This document shows, one piece after another, positions 46,801 through 58,786 of a stretch of 64,000 nucleotides of DNA. The position numbers and the translations under genes were made by a program. Origin of the DNA: Takakia lepidozioides (lineage: Eukaryota > Plantae > Bryophyta). The first letter of the stretch is position 1. Each line of letters opens with the position of its first letter. The stretch is taken from assembly GCA_030704615.1 (NCBI GenBank), contig CM060733.1, forward strand, positions 8,060,001 through 8,124,000, written 5' to 3'. The notes beneath the pieces are model-generated. The model was not told the DNA's origin, made no database searches, and was given only the letters and a program-made list of their open reading frames with translations.

Positions 46801-49800
46801 GTAGGGAGGAGGAAATTTTTCATTTCTTGTGATGAACTTGGAAACCCTGAAGGTCCTGCTCGGAACCAGTGGATGACAGCTCTGCGAGGGCAGTGTCAAC
46901 TTTTGTTGGACTGGTCATTGTATGCTCAGGATCAACCATTACACTTAATTGAAAAGATCATGGAGATCCTGGCTTCAGATTGGGAATACGGACCTCATGG
47001 TCTTAACATAAAGGCTATTACAAAAACAATTTGCGGGCAGCTCAAGTACCAACGAAATAAGCTGTTCAAAAATTACTATAGTGTGGGGCTGCCCAAACCC
47101 CATCATGTGCCAGACAAGACATGGGCACAACTAGTTGTTAGTTGGGGTTCCACTGATTTCAAGAAATTTCAGGCAAATGGTGTCAAGGCGCGGGGATGTG
47201 TGAAGAATACATCTCGATCAGGTCGCAGTGGAATCAGCGGTGTTGTAGCACGACTGGTATACTTCTCTTACAACATAGGAAGTTCCCACATTGTTTTGCA
47301 TTGACAAACTTTATGTGTTGGGTTTTTTTGGCTGGAGCTCAGAGTCTATTCCTATCACCATTGAATTATTACACATTGCTACTACTTGGGGGCCTTCTCA
47401 GAGTTGGGCGCCAGCAAGAAACTAAGCACTCTTATTGAGGGGGAGTCATTGACGCTATCCTAGATAATTCTTTACTGTTGGCAGTGTGCTATGCTAGTCA
47501 TTAACACTTGCAAGTTTGTTGCAATCACAGGAGAAGGAGACTGGACGTACACCAAGTTTGCAGGAGATCGCCGGTAGCGCCAGGAGTGACAAAGGCTACG
47601 GCTCGGGGTGTACAGGCAGTGCAGCCACAACGGTATATAAACTCAGTACCAATTCTGGTGTGAATTACATATTCGTGATTTCCATGCCATTGCTAGTTGC
47701 CGTTTGGTTCTGTTTTCTTACTAGTTCATCAGTCAGTGTAGTGAATTGTTACTTTGGAGGTGTTCTATGTGATGGGGCAGGGAATTGGTTCACTAGCAGC
47801 TCGCCTCGATGCTATGGAAAACAAACAAGTGCAGATGGAAGCCAGCTCCAAGGCAGCTTTGGAAGCAGTCCAAGGCCAACTGGAGGCAGCAGCTACATTC
47901 AACATTGCGCTCGCAGCTAAACTTGGCATGAATGTGCCAGATTCGGAACCTACAGGTCCACCATGCACCACCTTTGTGCCACACACAACAAATGAGACTA
48001 TTTCTCATGTTATGGGCTCACCACTCAACCTGTTCAAGGCAGTTTCTTCACCGCTACCAAAGCCAAACACAATAGGCTCATTGTTTGGGCTTTCAGAAAT
48101 GGAGGGGGATGATGACATGGAGGGTTGGTTTGAAGGTGAACTCAATCCATCCCCCCATATTGTTGAGGCAACTGCAAAGTGTTCATCCATTTTGTTGTCC
48201 CCTACACCAGTAGCACTTCCGGCATATGTACTACCCTCTCAATATGCCTGTGAGGTCTCCATGAATTTGCAGAGTGCCCCACAGAAAGGTGTGTCTTTTG
48301 TACATGATAATCATGTACAAGTTGTTGGTAATTGCCCTTCGGCAACTGAGAGGCAGAAACACATCCTTATACTTGACTTGAATGGATTGTTATGTGAGAG
48401 CAGACTACGAACAAGGGAACACCTAGAGCCCACTGTCACCTCCAGACCTGGGTGTCAGGAATTTCTGGACCGATGCCTTCAGATTTTTGATGTAGGTGTA
48501 TGGTCTTCCATGTCATTGAGTAATGTCCTTCCAGTTGTGAAAGCATTGTTTCCTGGGAAGCAACCAAAGATGGTGCTTCACCAAGACTATTGTGACCAAC
48601 CTGTGGGAATGGTGGACCCTCTCAATCCTTCTAAAACTGTCATGTACAAGAACTTATGTAAGTTTTGGAAAACTACAGCCATTACAATCCAACCAATACT
48701 TTAATTCCCCACTCACTTGCTTACCCAACCTTGCAAATAATTGCATCTTCCCGTATCCATGGAAGTTGAGGGATCAGCCAAACTGCAAGAGGCTTATGAA
48801 AGAATTACTGCCTTGGTTAGAGGGTGTATCCAAGGCTGCACACATCCCTGAGTATGTGTCAGGGCACCCATACAGATATGGGCAGCCCAACTACTTGTTC
48901 AATACTGCAGCCATGGGTAGTGGATCACAACAATTTGCAAAGGCATCCGAACCAGGGCTTCCTGCTGCCAGAGTTCCAACGACTTTGCCTCCCGATGCAA
49001 CAACAAAGCATAATCAAAGAAAGGTGAGAGCAAAAGATTCAATGCTTGGGCGCGTGGGTGGATTTGTATTGTTAATGCTACTTCATAATGTGTGTCATTC
49101 GTGCTATTCTCATTTTTTGATCATGTGTCATTCAATATGCAGATGGTGAAACCAGTGAAGCGTTCAATGGGCAGGGAAAGCACAATATGTGCTATCAATC
49201 AGACTACAACCACAGTGGATGTAACTGAACTATGGGGTGACCAACAAAATCCGCACAGTGTAAGTACTTCCTTTGTCCTCTTTTGTTTCCTTGTCTGATG
49301 CTGGATCAATACACCCCCTATGTATCGTTGTGTAGCTGCAGGATTGACAACCTACAAAGGTAGTTTTGTGACATCGTCCTACCACATCCATGTTGACCAT
49401 GCAGAACCTGCTATCAACTAGGTATGGCACCGTTCCACCTTTGATCATGTCAGCATGGAGTATAGAGACAGGCAAATGCAATTCAGAATTGGAAGTACTG
49501 CAATAGGTAGGGTTGGGGTGTTTGCTGGAAGAACGAGGATGCATTTTGCAGGAGTGCCAAGCTGTCAGTCTCTGTTCTCCAGGGTTCATTTCTGATATAG
49601 GAATATGGTTTTTGTTGCAGTTTCAGATCGGCGACAAGGTGTTATTGTTTGATCCTTGTGCACCAAAAAGAAGGGCAGGTGTGGGATATATTGCTGGATT
49701 TCCGAAAGCAAATGTGTCAGACAACTATTACCGTATCCATGTGAAATCGGTCATGATTTCAGAGGTTGTGTTGCTGTACCCGGACTACTCTGTTACCCCT

Positions 49801-49872
49801 AATCATACCACATTGGGTGACATGCAGGGAAGTGCCACCTTATGGTCTGAAAAGTTTATTAAACACGCGTGA
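43879..49872 (+). pseudogene. CACTA TnpA-like multi-exon gene: Ptta/Transposase_24-like region, coiled coil, FCP1/NIF-type HAD domain, and Tnp1/Transposase_23-like C-terminus; decayed
   Basis: PDKTWAQLVVSWGSTDFKK..KAR..SRSGRSG..RL|EKETGRTPS (Ptta-like, 46600-47630). ILILDLNGLL...RPGCQEFL...DVGVWSS...MYKNL...NNCIFP (FCP1-like, 48357-48830). GDKVLL...YRIHV...LLYP...TLGD...TLW (49621-49872). Frameshifts at ~44405 and ~48670-48705. Assignment of the 5' exons is less certain. Confidence 0.75.
44505..45250 (-). mobile_element. LINE ORF2 fragment (APE endonuclease end plus linker) inserted inside the CACTA element
   Basis: WTREK...ERSIVDYIIM...IATSDQ (SDH-like); KWRIEKL; WWTNEIK; frameshifted. Confidence 0.8.
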
Positions 49873-50830
49873 TATTGAAGATGCTACAAGTTTAGTTTAG
49901 TTTTCTTTATGGATTGAAGGTTGTTGAGACAGGTGAACAAAACTGCTCTTCTGACATGAACAGTATTTTTTGAATTGATGCTCTTGCTATTCTCATGTAT
50001 GATCACAAGATCCCCTTGTTCAAAGGCAACTTCATTTTCCCACATCAAGCATTGTGTAGACATGAATGTGGTATTTTGCTGGTTGTTTGCTATATTTAAT
50101 ATTAATAACATTACTACTGGTCAATGTGGTTCATAATACAATTATTATCCATGTTTAAAATAAGCTTTTATTTAAATGAAACAAAACAAATCAAAATTCT
50201 AAAACAATAATATATTACATATTAAATCAAGCAGCCAATGGCTTTTGGGGTGCTATCCCATTTATTATAAGAATAAGAATAATAATAATATGACTATTCA
50301 TTTTGGCATTTGTCAACAAATAATAATTGTTTACTTTTCATCCAATAGGAACAAAACAGTGGATGTGACAGTATTCACACTAGTGTCATTGCGATCACAC
50401 CACGACTTGAACGTGGTGTTAAATCTGTGTGAGAGAGTCCGTAAGAAGAGCCCTTAATATCTATTATTTATTTAATAATTCTGATGGACTCTATTACGTG
50501 GCATTCCCTTTGACATACATGTGGCAAACATGGTGGCGCCAAGGTGTAATAAGTACCGTAGAAAGACCATTAAGATTACTTAGTCAAAATAGTAGTTGAA
50601 CTAACCAGTCAAAACGACCGTCAAAATATCCGTCAAAAGAGCCACCTAAGCCTACTGCCACATCAGGTGCAAGTTTGGTGTGAGATGGTTTTTTTCACAG
50701 GACCAAGAAAGTTCACATGTGGTGCAAAGGACTAGGTTAACCTAACACCAAGGGGGGGTGTGAACTTGCGTTTTTTTCACACCAAAATGTGTGAGAAGAG
50801 CTGTTAAAAAAACCAGTTTCTGTACTAGTG

Positions 50831-51034
50831 CTCTCTCACCTCCATAGCTCTAGGTATTGAGATGGAGTGTGGTGAGGGCTTTGTAGGGTGGATTCCCTTA
50901 GCAAGGGTGCCCTTGGCTTGACTTACTTTATGTGATTGAGTGGATTCATGAGTGGAAGGTTTCCATTATGTTCACTTTCATTATCATTGTGGTATAGCTT
51001 TCTAGGATTGTGTGCTTAGATTGTGTGGTGAACA
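50831..51034 (+). mobile_element. Possible 3' part of an LTR into which the CACTA end inserted
   Basis: TG-rich, U5-like composition ending ...GTGAACA; no partner LTR in the window. Confidence 0.25.
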
Positions 51035-51119
51035 ACGATGTATGTTGTGGCACGATGCTTAGGTGCACGACAGCAAGCCCGTGCACCCCTCCTCGTCGAG
51101 GGCTTTCCAACGATACCAA

Positions 51120-52605
51120 GCACCGGGGCTAGGGTAGCCTGTGCCATTGGCCCAAGTGTCCAATGTCATCTATGTTCAAGTGCAATCCCCTATGTATCGA
51201 GAGCCCCCACTGTATGGGAGATCTAGGGTAGCATGTGCCATTGGCCAATGTGTGAAGAATTGAAATCTAAGCCCAAGTGTAGTTTCCTATGTATCCATGT
51301 GCGTTTCCCATGTAAAGGCCCAAGTGTGACCTCTGGTGTCATCTAAGTGCAAGTGCAATCCCCTATGTAACAAAGTGCGTCTCCTATGTTGAGGCCCAAA
51401 TGCGACCTCTAGGGTAGCCTGTGTTGTTGGCCCAAGTGTCCAGTGTCATCTAAGCCCAAGTGAAAGATCTTCTATGTATCCCAGTGCGTCTCCTATGTCG
51501 AGGCCCAAGTGCGACTTCTAGTGTAGCCTATGTCGTCGGCCCATGTGTGACGAATTGAAATCTAAGACCAAGTGCAATTTCCTATGTATCCAAGTGCGTC
51601 TCCTATGTCGAGGCCCATCTAAGCCCATGAAGTGCAATCTTCTATTCATGCATCTCCTATGTGGAGGCCCAAGTGTCTAGTGGATCATCTTAACGCAAGT
51701 GTCTAGGGTGGCTTGTGCCGTTGGCCCAAGTGTCCAATGTCATCTAGGTCATCTAAGTCTAATCATTTTTTTCCACAGAGTTGACGACCAGATTTGAACC
51801 GGAGACCTTTCCCTTCATATCTCTCCCGTCGAGGCTCCAACCATTGTCCCAGGAATGCCCATTTTTCTATTTTTTCTCGAATTTCCGGCGACCCAAAGTA
51901 CTTGGAATTCTACATTTCCCACATTGCAGGTCCAAAAGTTATGAGACCAAGCCGGTGCACCCCTCCCCCTCGAGGGCTTTCCAACGGTACCAAGCACCTG
52001 CGCCGGGGCCTCGCGGTTTGGGACATCTCAACCCTACAAAAAAAAAAAACAACCAAAAAAACAAACAAACGTCTTGCTTCATATATTGACTAGGGTAGCA
52101 TGTGCCGTTGGCCCAAGTGTCCAGTGTTCAAGTGCAATCCCCTTATATTCATCCAAGTGGGTCCCCTATGTCGAGGCTCAAATGCGACCTCTAGGATAGC
52201 CTAGTGTGCGGTTGGCCCAAGTGTCCAGTGTCATCTAAGCCCAAGTGCAAGGTCTCCTATGTATCCAAATTCTCATATGTTGAGGCGCAAGTGCGACGGC
52301 CTCTAGGGTAGCCGGTGTCGTTGGCCCTGTGTGAAGAATTCAAATCTAAGACCAAGTGCAACTTCCCATGTATCCAAGTACGTCTCCTATGGCGAGGCCC
52401 ATCTAAGCCCAAGTGCAATCTTCTATGTATCCAAGTGCATCTTCCATGTAGAGGCCCAAATGTCCACTGTCATCTAAGCCCAAGTACAATCTCCTATGTA
52501 TCCAAGGGCATCTCTCATGTGCGTCTCCCATGTCGAGGCCCATCTAAACCTAGTGTGCAATCTCCTATGTATCCAAGTATGTCTCCCATGTCAAGGCCCG
52601 ATTAG
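51120..52605. repeat. Complex tandem array (~105-bp units built from CCCAAGTG / CTCCTATGT / CTAGGGTAGC submotifs), interrupted at ~51765-52090
   Basis: GGCCCAAGTGTCCAGTGTCATCTAAGCCCAAGTGCAA..CTCCTATGTATCCAAGTGCGTCTCCTATGTCGAGGCCCA repeated many times. Confidence 0.9.
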
Positions 52606-53830
52606 TTTTTTTTCCATGAATTTATTGGGTAGTAGTATATCTAATGTCATCTAAGTCCAAATGCATTTTTTTTCCACGGAGCCTACGACCAGATTTGAAC
52701 CGGAGACCTTTCCCTTGATATTTCTCCTGTCGAGGCTCCAACCATTGTCCAGGAATGCCCATTTTGCTATTTTTTTTGCGAATTTCTAGGGTAGTTGCAG
52801 GGTAAAGGGCAGATTCTCCCTTCAATGGAACTCCATGATCAAATTTAAATTGACGGTATTTCTCCAAATAATTTCAAATAATGATAGATGATGATATATC
52901 TAACATTTTTAGTAAAGGGTATTACCCCAAACATCAAAGATAATTTTTACTACAAATTTTAGTCTTTAATTTAAATAACATTTGATATATCAAAAATTAA
53001 TTTAAACGGATAATTTCAACGGATTTTTCCATCTGACACCTGGCGCACCTTCCCTACGTCATTTACACCTCTTTAGAAAAGGTAAAACCCCAAAATCCCC
53101 TTATTTGAAAAAATATGGACAAATGAAAATTAAGCTACTTTTTACCTATAAATTAGTCCATAGCTCTTTATCTTTTATGTTTTTTTTTTCCATATGAAAG
53201 TGGATTTGGGGAGTATTCAAAAAGTGCGCCTCTAAACCGTTTTCCATTGTGCATTTTCACAAGTATACATTATGTTTATTTAGTCCATAAGTTTGTATGC
53301 TGTAACACTTACAGTCCACAGTTACAACTTTAAAAGTCCATAGCTCTTCACTACAAAAACTTTTTGGGAATCTAAAAATTGGTATATCTTCCCATTGTAG
53401 ATAAGAACCTCGCAACATAGAAATTGCAATGAAATTATCGAATTAACATCAAATTAATTTTAATTTAATTATCGAATTTTTATAGGTGACACTATCAAGG
53501 GGGGTCACTGCAAAAACTGCACAGTTACGCAGTTTTGGTCCACCTTAGCCTACAAACACCCTCCACTGACCAAAAGTACTTGAAATTCCAAATCTCCCAC
53601 GTGAAGGGCCAATCATTGCTCCAGGAAAGCCCACTTTGCTACTTTTTGTGAATTTTCAGTGACCAAAAGTACTTGGAATTCCACATCTCCCTCACCGTTT
53701 GTCCAAAAATCATGAGACCAAGCCGGTGCACCCCTCCTCACCGAGAGCTTTCCAACGGCACCAAGCACCCACGCTGGGCCCCGCGGTTTGGGAGATCTCA
53801 ACGATGCTACAAAACAAAACAAACGTCTTG
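51765..53830. repeat. Dispersed repeat modules, probably non-autonomous DNA-TE derived
   Basis: GAGACCAAGCCGGTGCACCCCTCC..GAG(G)CTTTCCAACGG.ACCAAGCACC at ~51075, 51943, 53714; ACGACCAGATTTGAACCGGAGACCTTTCCC at ~51785 and ~52685. Confidence 0.75.
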
Positions 53831-54029
53831 ATTCATCTATTGATTGAATCAAACCATTTTTATTGCAGCTCTAAATCTCCATTTGTATGTTTTCCCACAC
53901 ATGATTTAAAGTACCATAAACCAAACCAAATTACAAATGTTTTTGAAAAGTAGAGTAACACTTATCAATCTGAAGTAAAAGTGACTATATGTAGTTATTA
54001 GTTCCTACCACTAGAAGCTCCAAATTATT

Positions 54030-55380
54030 CTTTAGACTTCATAACCTCTACAAAGAGGGCAGCCATCTACAGTTGTTTTTACACTATCATCTCTTTCTTT
54101 GTCTGTTTACTCTGAAGCATCTGAGTTGTGAGTCTCTCAGTAGTCATTTCTATCTTCAGCTTCTCTATTTCTTTCACACCATCGCCGAAGTCTCTGATGA
54201 CATTTGCAATTGTAGAGGATTCTACAAACAAATGCCTCTTCTTTTTCTCTGTTTTCACATCGGGCTTTCGCTGCATACACTACAACAGATCGCGGTAGTT
54301 ATGACTGCCAAACCGTGGTAGTCATGGTTTTCATGACTTTGACCATGACTGCACCATGTTTTTATATGAAATTGACCTCCCGCAGTCGTTCATACGACTG
54401 TAGTCATATGAACGACTATATAAATAGTTGTATGTATGACTACATGGCTTCGGAATGGGCGGAAGGCTGGTCAACGGCAATTGACCATATTTAACTCATC
54501 ATTCATAGTCATTTCCATGACTACAGTGTATATGGATGAGGTTACATAGTCATGATGACTACTGGGGATTTTGTAATTTGGTATGTATAATACAATTAAA
54601 ACACCATATAATTATATGAATGACTACTGGGTGTATTGGTTAATAGGTAGTGAACTATAACTCTTATAGTAAAGAGTTTGCAGGTTCAAACTTCTCTAAG
54701 TACAATCAAATGGATAAGATGGCCCTAGGGTTAGTAAGCGAGCTAGAGATAACACGTGGTACCCTAGATGGACTGCCACGTGGTTTTTTCATTATTATGA
54801 AATGCATTATGTCACGTGGCACAATGCGTGCGACGCGGCGTTTGACATATGTTTTTATTTTTTCAGTTTTTTTAATTTAATTTAATTTTTTTAATTAATT
54901 GCGCCTCGCCACGTGGCACGGCAGCGGCGACTGTAGTATGGTATATATGACTGCAGTGAGAGATATCACTTGGTTCATATGACTGTAGTCATCCGGACCG
55001 TACCATCCTGTACTCATTGTATTGACTTGGTTTTCACGACTTACAGTCATAGAAGTCATATGTACCGTTTATGACTGCAAAATAGTCATATATACAGTCA
55101 TAAATATCGCGATCTGTTGTAGTGATACTTACAGTAAGCTTAATTGCAAGCTTTGGTCCTTGGTGAATTAGCCGAAACAGACTGCTCAGGTATAACACCA
55201 TCAATACAAAAAACAAGAGTTATGTGTCATCGGTACATCTTCCTACTGAGTGCGTAGAACAACATCCTCATGATCATCACTTGTTTCTACAACCTCACTA
55301 TGAGTAGAACGAACTCTTGAGCGACAACGGGCAGTTGCACGAATGGGTGGACAAAAAACGGTAGATGTTGAGTCCATGGA
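54030..55380 (-). pseudogene. Decayed coiled-coil ORF remnant (Harbinger/trihelix accessory-like C-terminus) split by a CACTA MITE
   Basis: KKKR...STIANVIRDFGDGVKEIEKLKIEMT...(stop)..MAALFVEVMK on the - strand; continues upstream of the MITE with stops. Confidence 0.35.
54278..55124. mobile_element. Non-autonomous CACTA element, 847 bp
   Basis: 17-bp perfect TIR CACTACAACAGATCGCG; 3-bp TSD ATA (54275-54277, 55125-55127); subterminal ATGACT/AGTCAT repeats; internal CCACGTGG-like motifs. Confidence 0.95.
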
Positions 55381-58300
55381 AATCCATGGTTTTTTTTTTT
55401 GAGCTAATTATTTTAGTTTATTTTAATAACATCGATAGTAATATACCTGACATTTTTAGTAAAGAGTCATCTTCCAAATATTGAAGACATTGTTTACTAG
55501 ATATTTTAATCTGACTTCAAAATTTAAAGTTTACAACCACTTGTCCATATACCACCTTACCATCATAGATTATAGGTTTGTAGGTCTTTTGATAGGATTT
55601 GTTTTGCAATCTAACAGTTGGTACACATACCTATTGTAGTTAGAAACCCTACCCCATATAAATTTAGATGAAATATTGAGTTGTTGGACAAATATGGGTA
55701 AAATCATGGAGGGAGGTCACTGCAGAAACTGCATGTTACGCAGTTTTTGGTCCACCCATTTGTGCATTTATCCCAACATGTCAATGTACACCATTAATTT
55801 TTGAGGTTCATCCTAAAATATTGTCAAATCTATCAAACCAAGACCATTAATTTGATTTTGTCTCTCCATTGCTTCGAGGTCCGTTGCACATGACATGCAA
55901 AATTTAGATTCAACAACTTAAAAAACTCTTTCCAATTCACATCTCTCATGTGTCTTCAAGTAATGTACTCCCAATGTTCCTCCTCCCACAAATCTAATAA
56001 AAACTCAATGCAGGGATTTGTCTACAGTCTCCTACCATTTCCCTAAGCTGCCAGAATTATCTGCACATGATTTGGAGGAGCTTGGACTTCTTGCAAATGG
56101 TTTGGAGGAGCTTGAAGAGTTTACATATTATTGTGTACACCTTGATGAGAGGCAGAAGAAGACCCTTCAACTTCCTCCAAAAGATAATCAAAGAAAGAAC
56201 TGGGAAGAGAATCTTCCATAGTGCTCTAATGTAGACAAAACACTTAAAAAAATTAAAACCCTAACAAGTATGGTACAGGGAATCACGTAGCAAGTCTTGC
56301 GCAAGTCGCTACAGTGCGTGCGAGACGACCCAGCTATGTTTATTATTCTGTAAAATTAGATTTTTACCATGCTAGGTGCAAAAAATCACTCTACCTACGG
56401 CAAAGCGAATTTGTGGGGCGAAGCGATTCCGGGGTTCGTTTCTCGACGATCGCCCCGAGCACTAGCATAGCGAATTTGCCCATGACAAACCAAAATTCGC
56501 CAATTTCCTTGCTCATGTGTGCGGCCCTAGCATTCCCTATCATTAAAATATTATGTTGACTATCGTGTTGAGCGTTCCTAGATGTGAGGGCATTGGGCCG
56601 AGGCCAGTAGCGCCCGTCTTAGTGTCCATGAACGCCCCCACACGAGAGGCCTTCTCCTGCATAAAGCACATGAAAAGATTTGTTTCCGATTTATGAACTC
56701 TGTCTCATTAGCGCCATTTTTTTATTTTATTTTTTATTTTTTCAAAATTTACAGAACAGGGACAGAGGCTGTTGGATAGAGGCTGTTTGGATATTGTGGG
56801 GAATTGTTTTTTTAAACTTCTGAAAGAAATACTGAAAAGTTATGGTACTATTAACCACCGGTGCCTAATGCCATCCCTCGCCAATCGGGCCATTCTGCTA
56901 TGGGAGAAATCTCTTGGAGTGCTATATACATATATATATTCAACAAGATGTACGCCTAATGGATCTTATTTATTTACAAAAAAGGAAAATAGCGGAAATT
57001 CCTATGAATGTTACCCCAATTAAAGCATATCTATATAAAGCTTCATCATGTCCATGAGAGCACGCCTGGACGAACCTTCTTATACTTATAGACATACTCT
57101 TGGCCTGGAGTGGAGGAATATCGAAGGATCTACCACGATGTTCTCTACACTTTACATGCTTCTCTGATCAATCGCTCCGATGGTTTCATTTGCAGCGGAT
57201 CGTATTCCGAAGGAATGGGGAGCTGTCCAACTTTCGCAACTTACCAGTCTGTAACATGACGTAGGCCTTCCGGACTAGCATAATCGTCACTCCGAATGAT
57301 CCTTGAGCAATTTTCTTTGTGGTTGTCTGCACGGTTGGAAGATACAGTTCATGATGCAGACGCCAGCCTTCTACGAGATTTTCCACCTTCAATTGGGATC
57401 ATAAGTAATCTACGGTAGTCTGTGTCCGTTTGGTTGTGGAGTTATGAGACAGATCGATTTGCAACTTCGTGGAGAACAGGAGCAGCGCAACGAAACCAAT
57501 GATATGAAAAGCTGACTTTGCATGATTGAAGCGCAACGTTAGCATCTAGGCTGGCGTCATAAATGCGTGGTGTGGAGTAGGTTGATTACACAACTTTAAA
57601 TTCTAATGTTTCCTTCGGATTCATTCATTCCCGAATACTAGAGCTTTGTGATCCCCGCAAATGTGTACAAATCAGAGTGATTGAAAAAGCCAATTCCCAC
57701 GCCAGTAAACAAAAGCAAATAGAGCTCAGAAGGGACGGGCATAGGTTAGTAGAGATGGGTCCCAGTAAATGTGTCTGTATATTTGGAAAGCGGGATGGCA
57801 CGTTTGTGTCACGCACTGGGCTTCGTGGCAGGAAGGCTGCGTGGGGGATATGGAATTCCTCACGACCGCCTTCATCTTCTATCCGAGCCTGGATCTGCGA
57901 GGAGTTTGGAATTTGGACCTTTACAAACGCCTGCACAAATGCCATAAAAAGGTCTGTCTGCTACCGGTTGATGTGGGTTTCACCTGGCAGCTTGTGTCTG
58001 CCTACTGCCCCTTACGGTTGGACTCTCAGACACTACCCAGGTTCAATGTCTCTCTATCCTGCTAGATATAATACTCTCCCAATTCGTAGGTTCTTGTCCA
58101 GCGCTGTGTCTGTCTGCTTTTGGAGGGCTGCGACTATGACAGTTTGTGTCGAATAGAAACAGACCTATAGAGAGAAACACACGTACACCCTCTCCTTGGG
58201 GCCTAACTTCAACTTCTAGAGAGGGACGCAATATTATTCGGGGCCGGTACACAGTTAGTGGGGAAGGGCATGATATCTCTACATGTCCAGAGGCTGTTGA

Positions 58301-58786
58301 GATTGGAATGCGTACAGGTTAGTGGGAAAGACCTGTACTTGTTCCAGCTAAAAGTGTGTGGAAATCTCGACTCGAGCTCATTCTGAGAACAGCGCATCAT
58401 AACCGCGGGGTTCGAATTGTTCACCCAGAGCTGATCTCGTGTATGTTTGACTGAGGGTTGAACTACAAATGCGTGCAATTCAACATTGATCACAACAGTT
58501 GAGCTAATTCTGGGGAAGATAGACCTTTCACAGAGTAGCCCTGGATCGCAGAGTTGGAGTGCGGTGAACCAGAGGCAGTAGATATACTAGAACTTACAGG
58601 TGGCTTAGGGATAATATTGAATGCAGCTGGTCACTCAATCTCAACTCAATACCGGTGTCTAGAGTTAACATGATCATGATCTTCCACGTGTTTTCATGAC
58701 GCGATATAGCCCGCACCTGATCCTTCTTTAAATTTTCAAATTAGTTCACGAAGTTCCTTTCTTTCTGTCTTTGCTGCAAGGTCGTG

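Larger units (their letters stand above)
40852..50830. mobile_element. Decayed CACTA/En-Spm transposon, ~10 kb, with mismatched ends
   Basis: Left end CACTACAACAGATTCCGG; right end reads CACTAGTACAGAAACTGG on the - strand, with subterminal GTCAAAA and TTTTTCACA repeats. Contains TnpD- and TnpA-like genes. Flanks AAT/CTC are not a matching TSD. Confidence 0.8.

Noticed and set aside
57625-58160. ORFs of 98-159 aa upstream of the fucosyltransferase
   Set aside because: No recognisable domain or consistent exon structure; likely promoter/5' UTR or decayed sequence.
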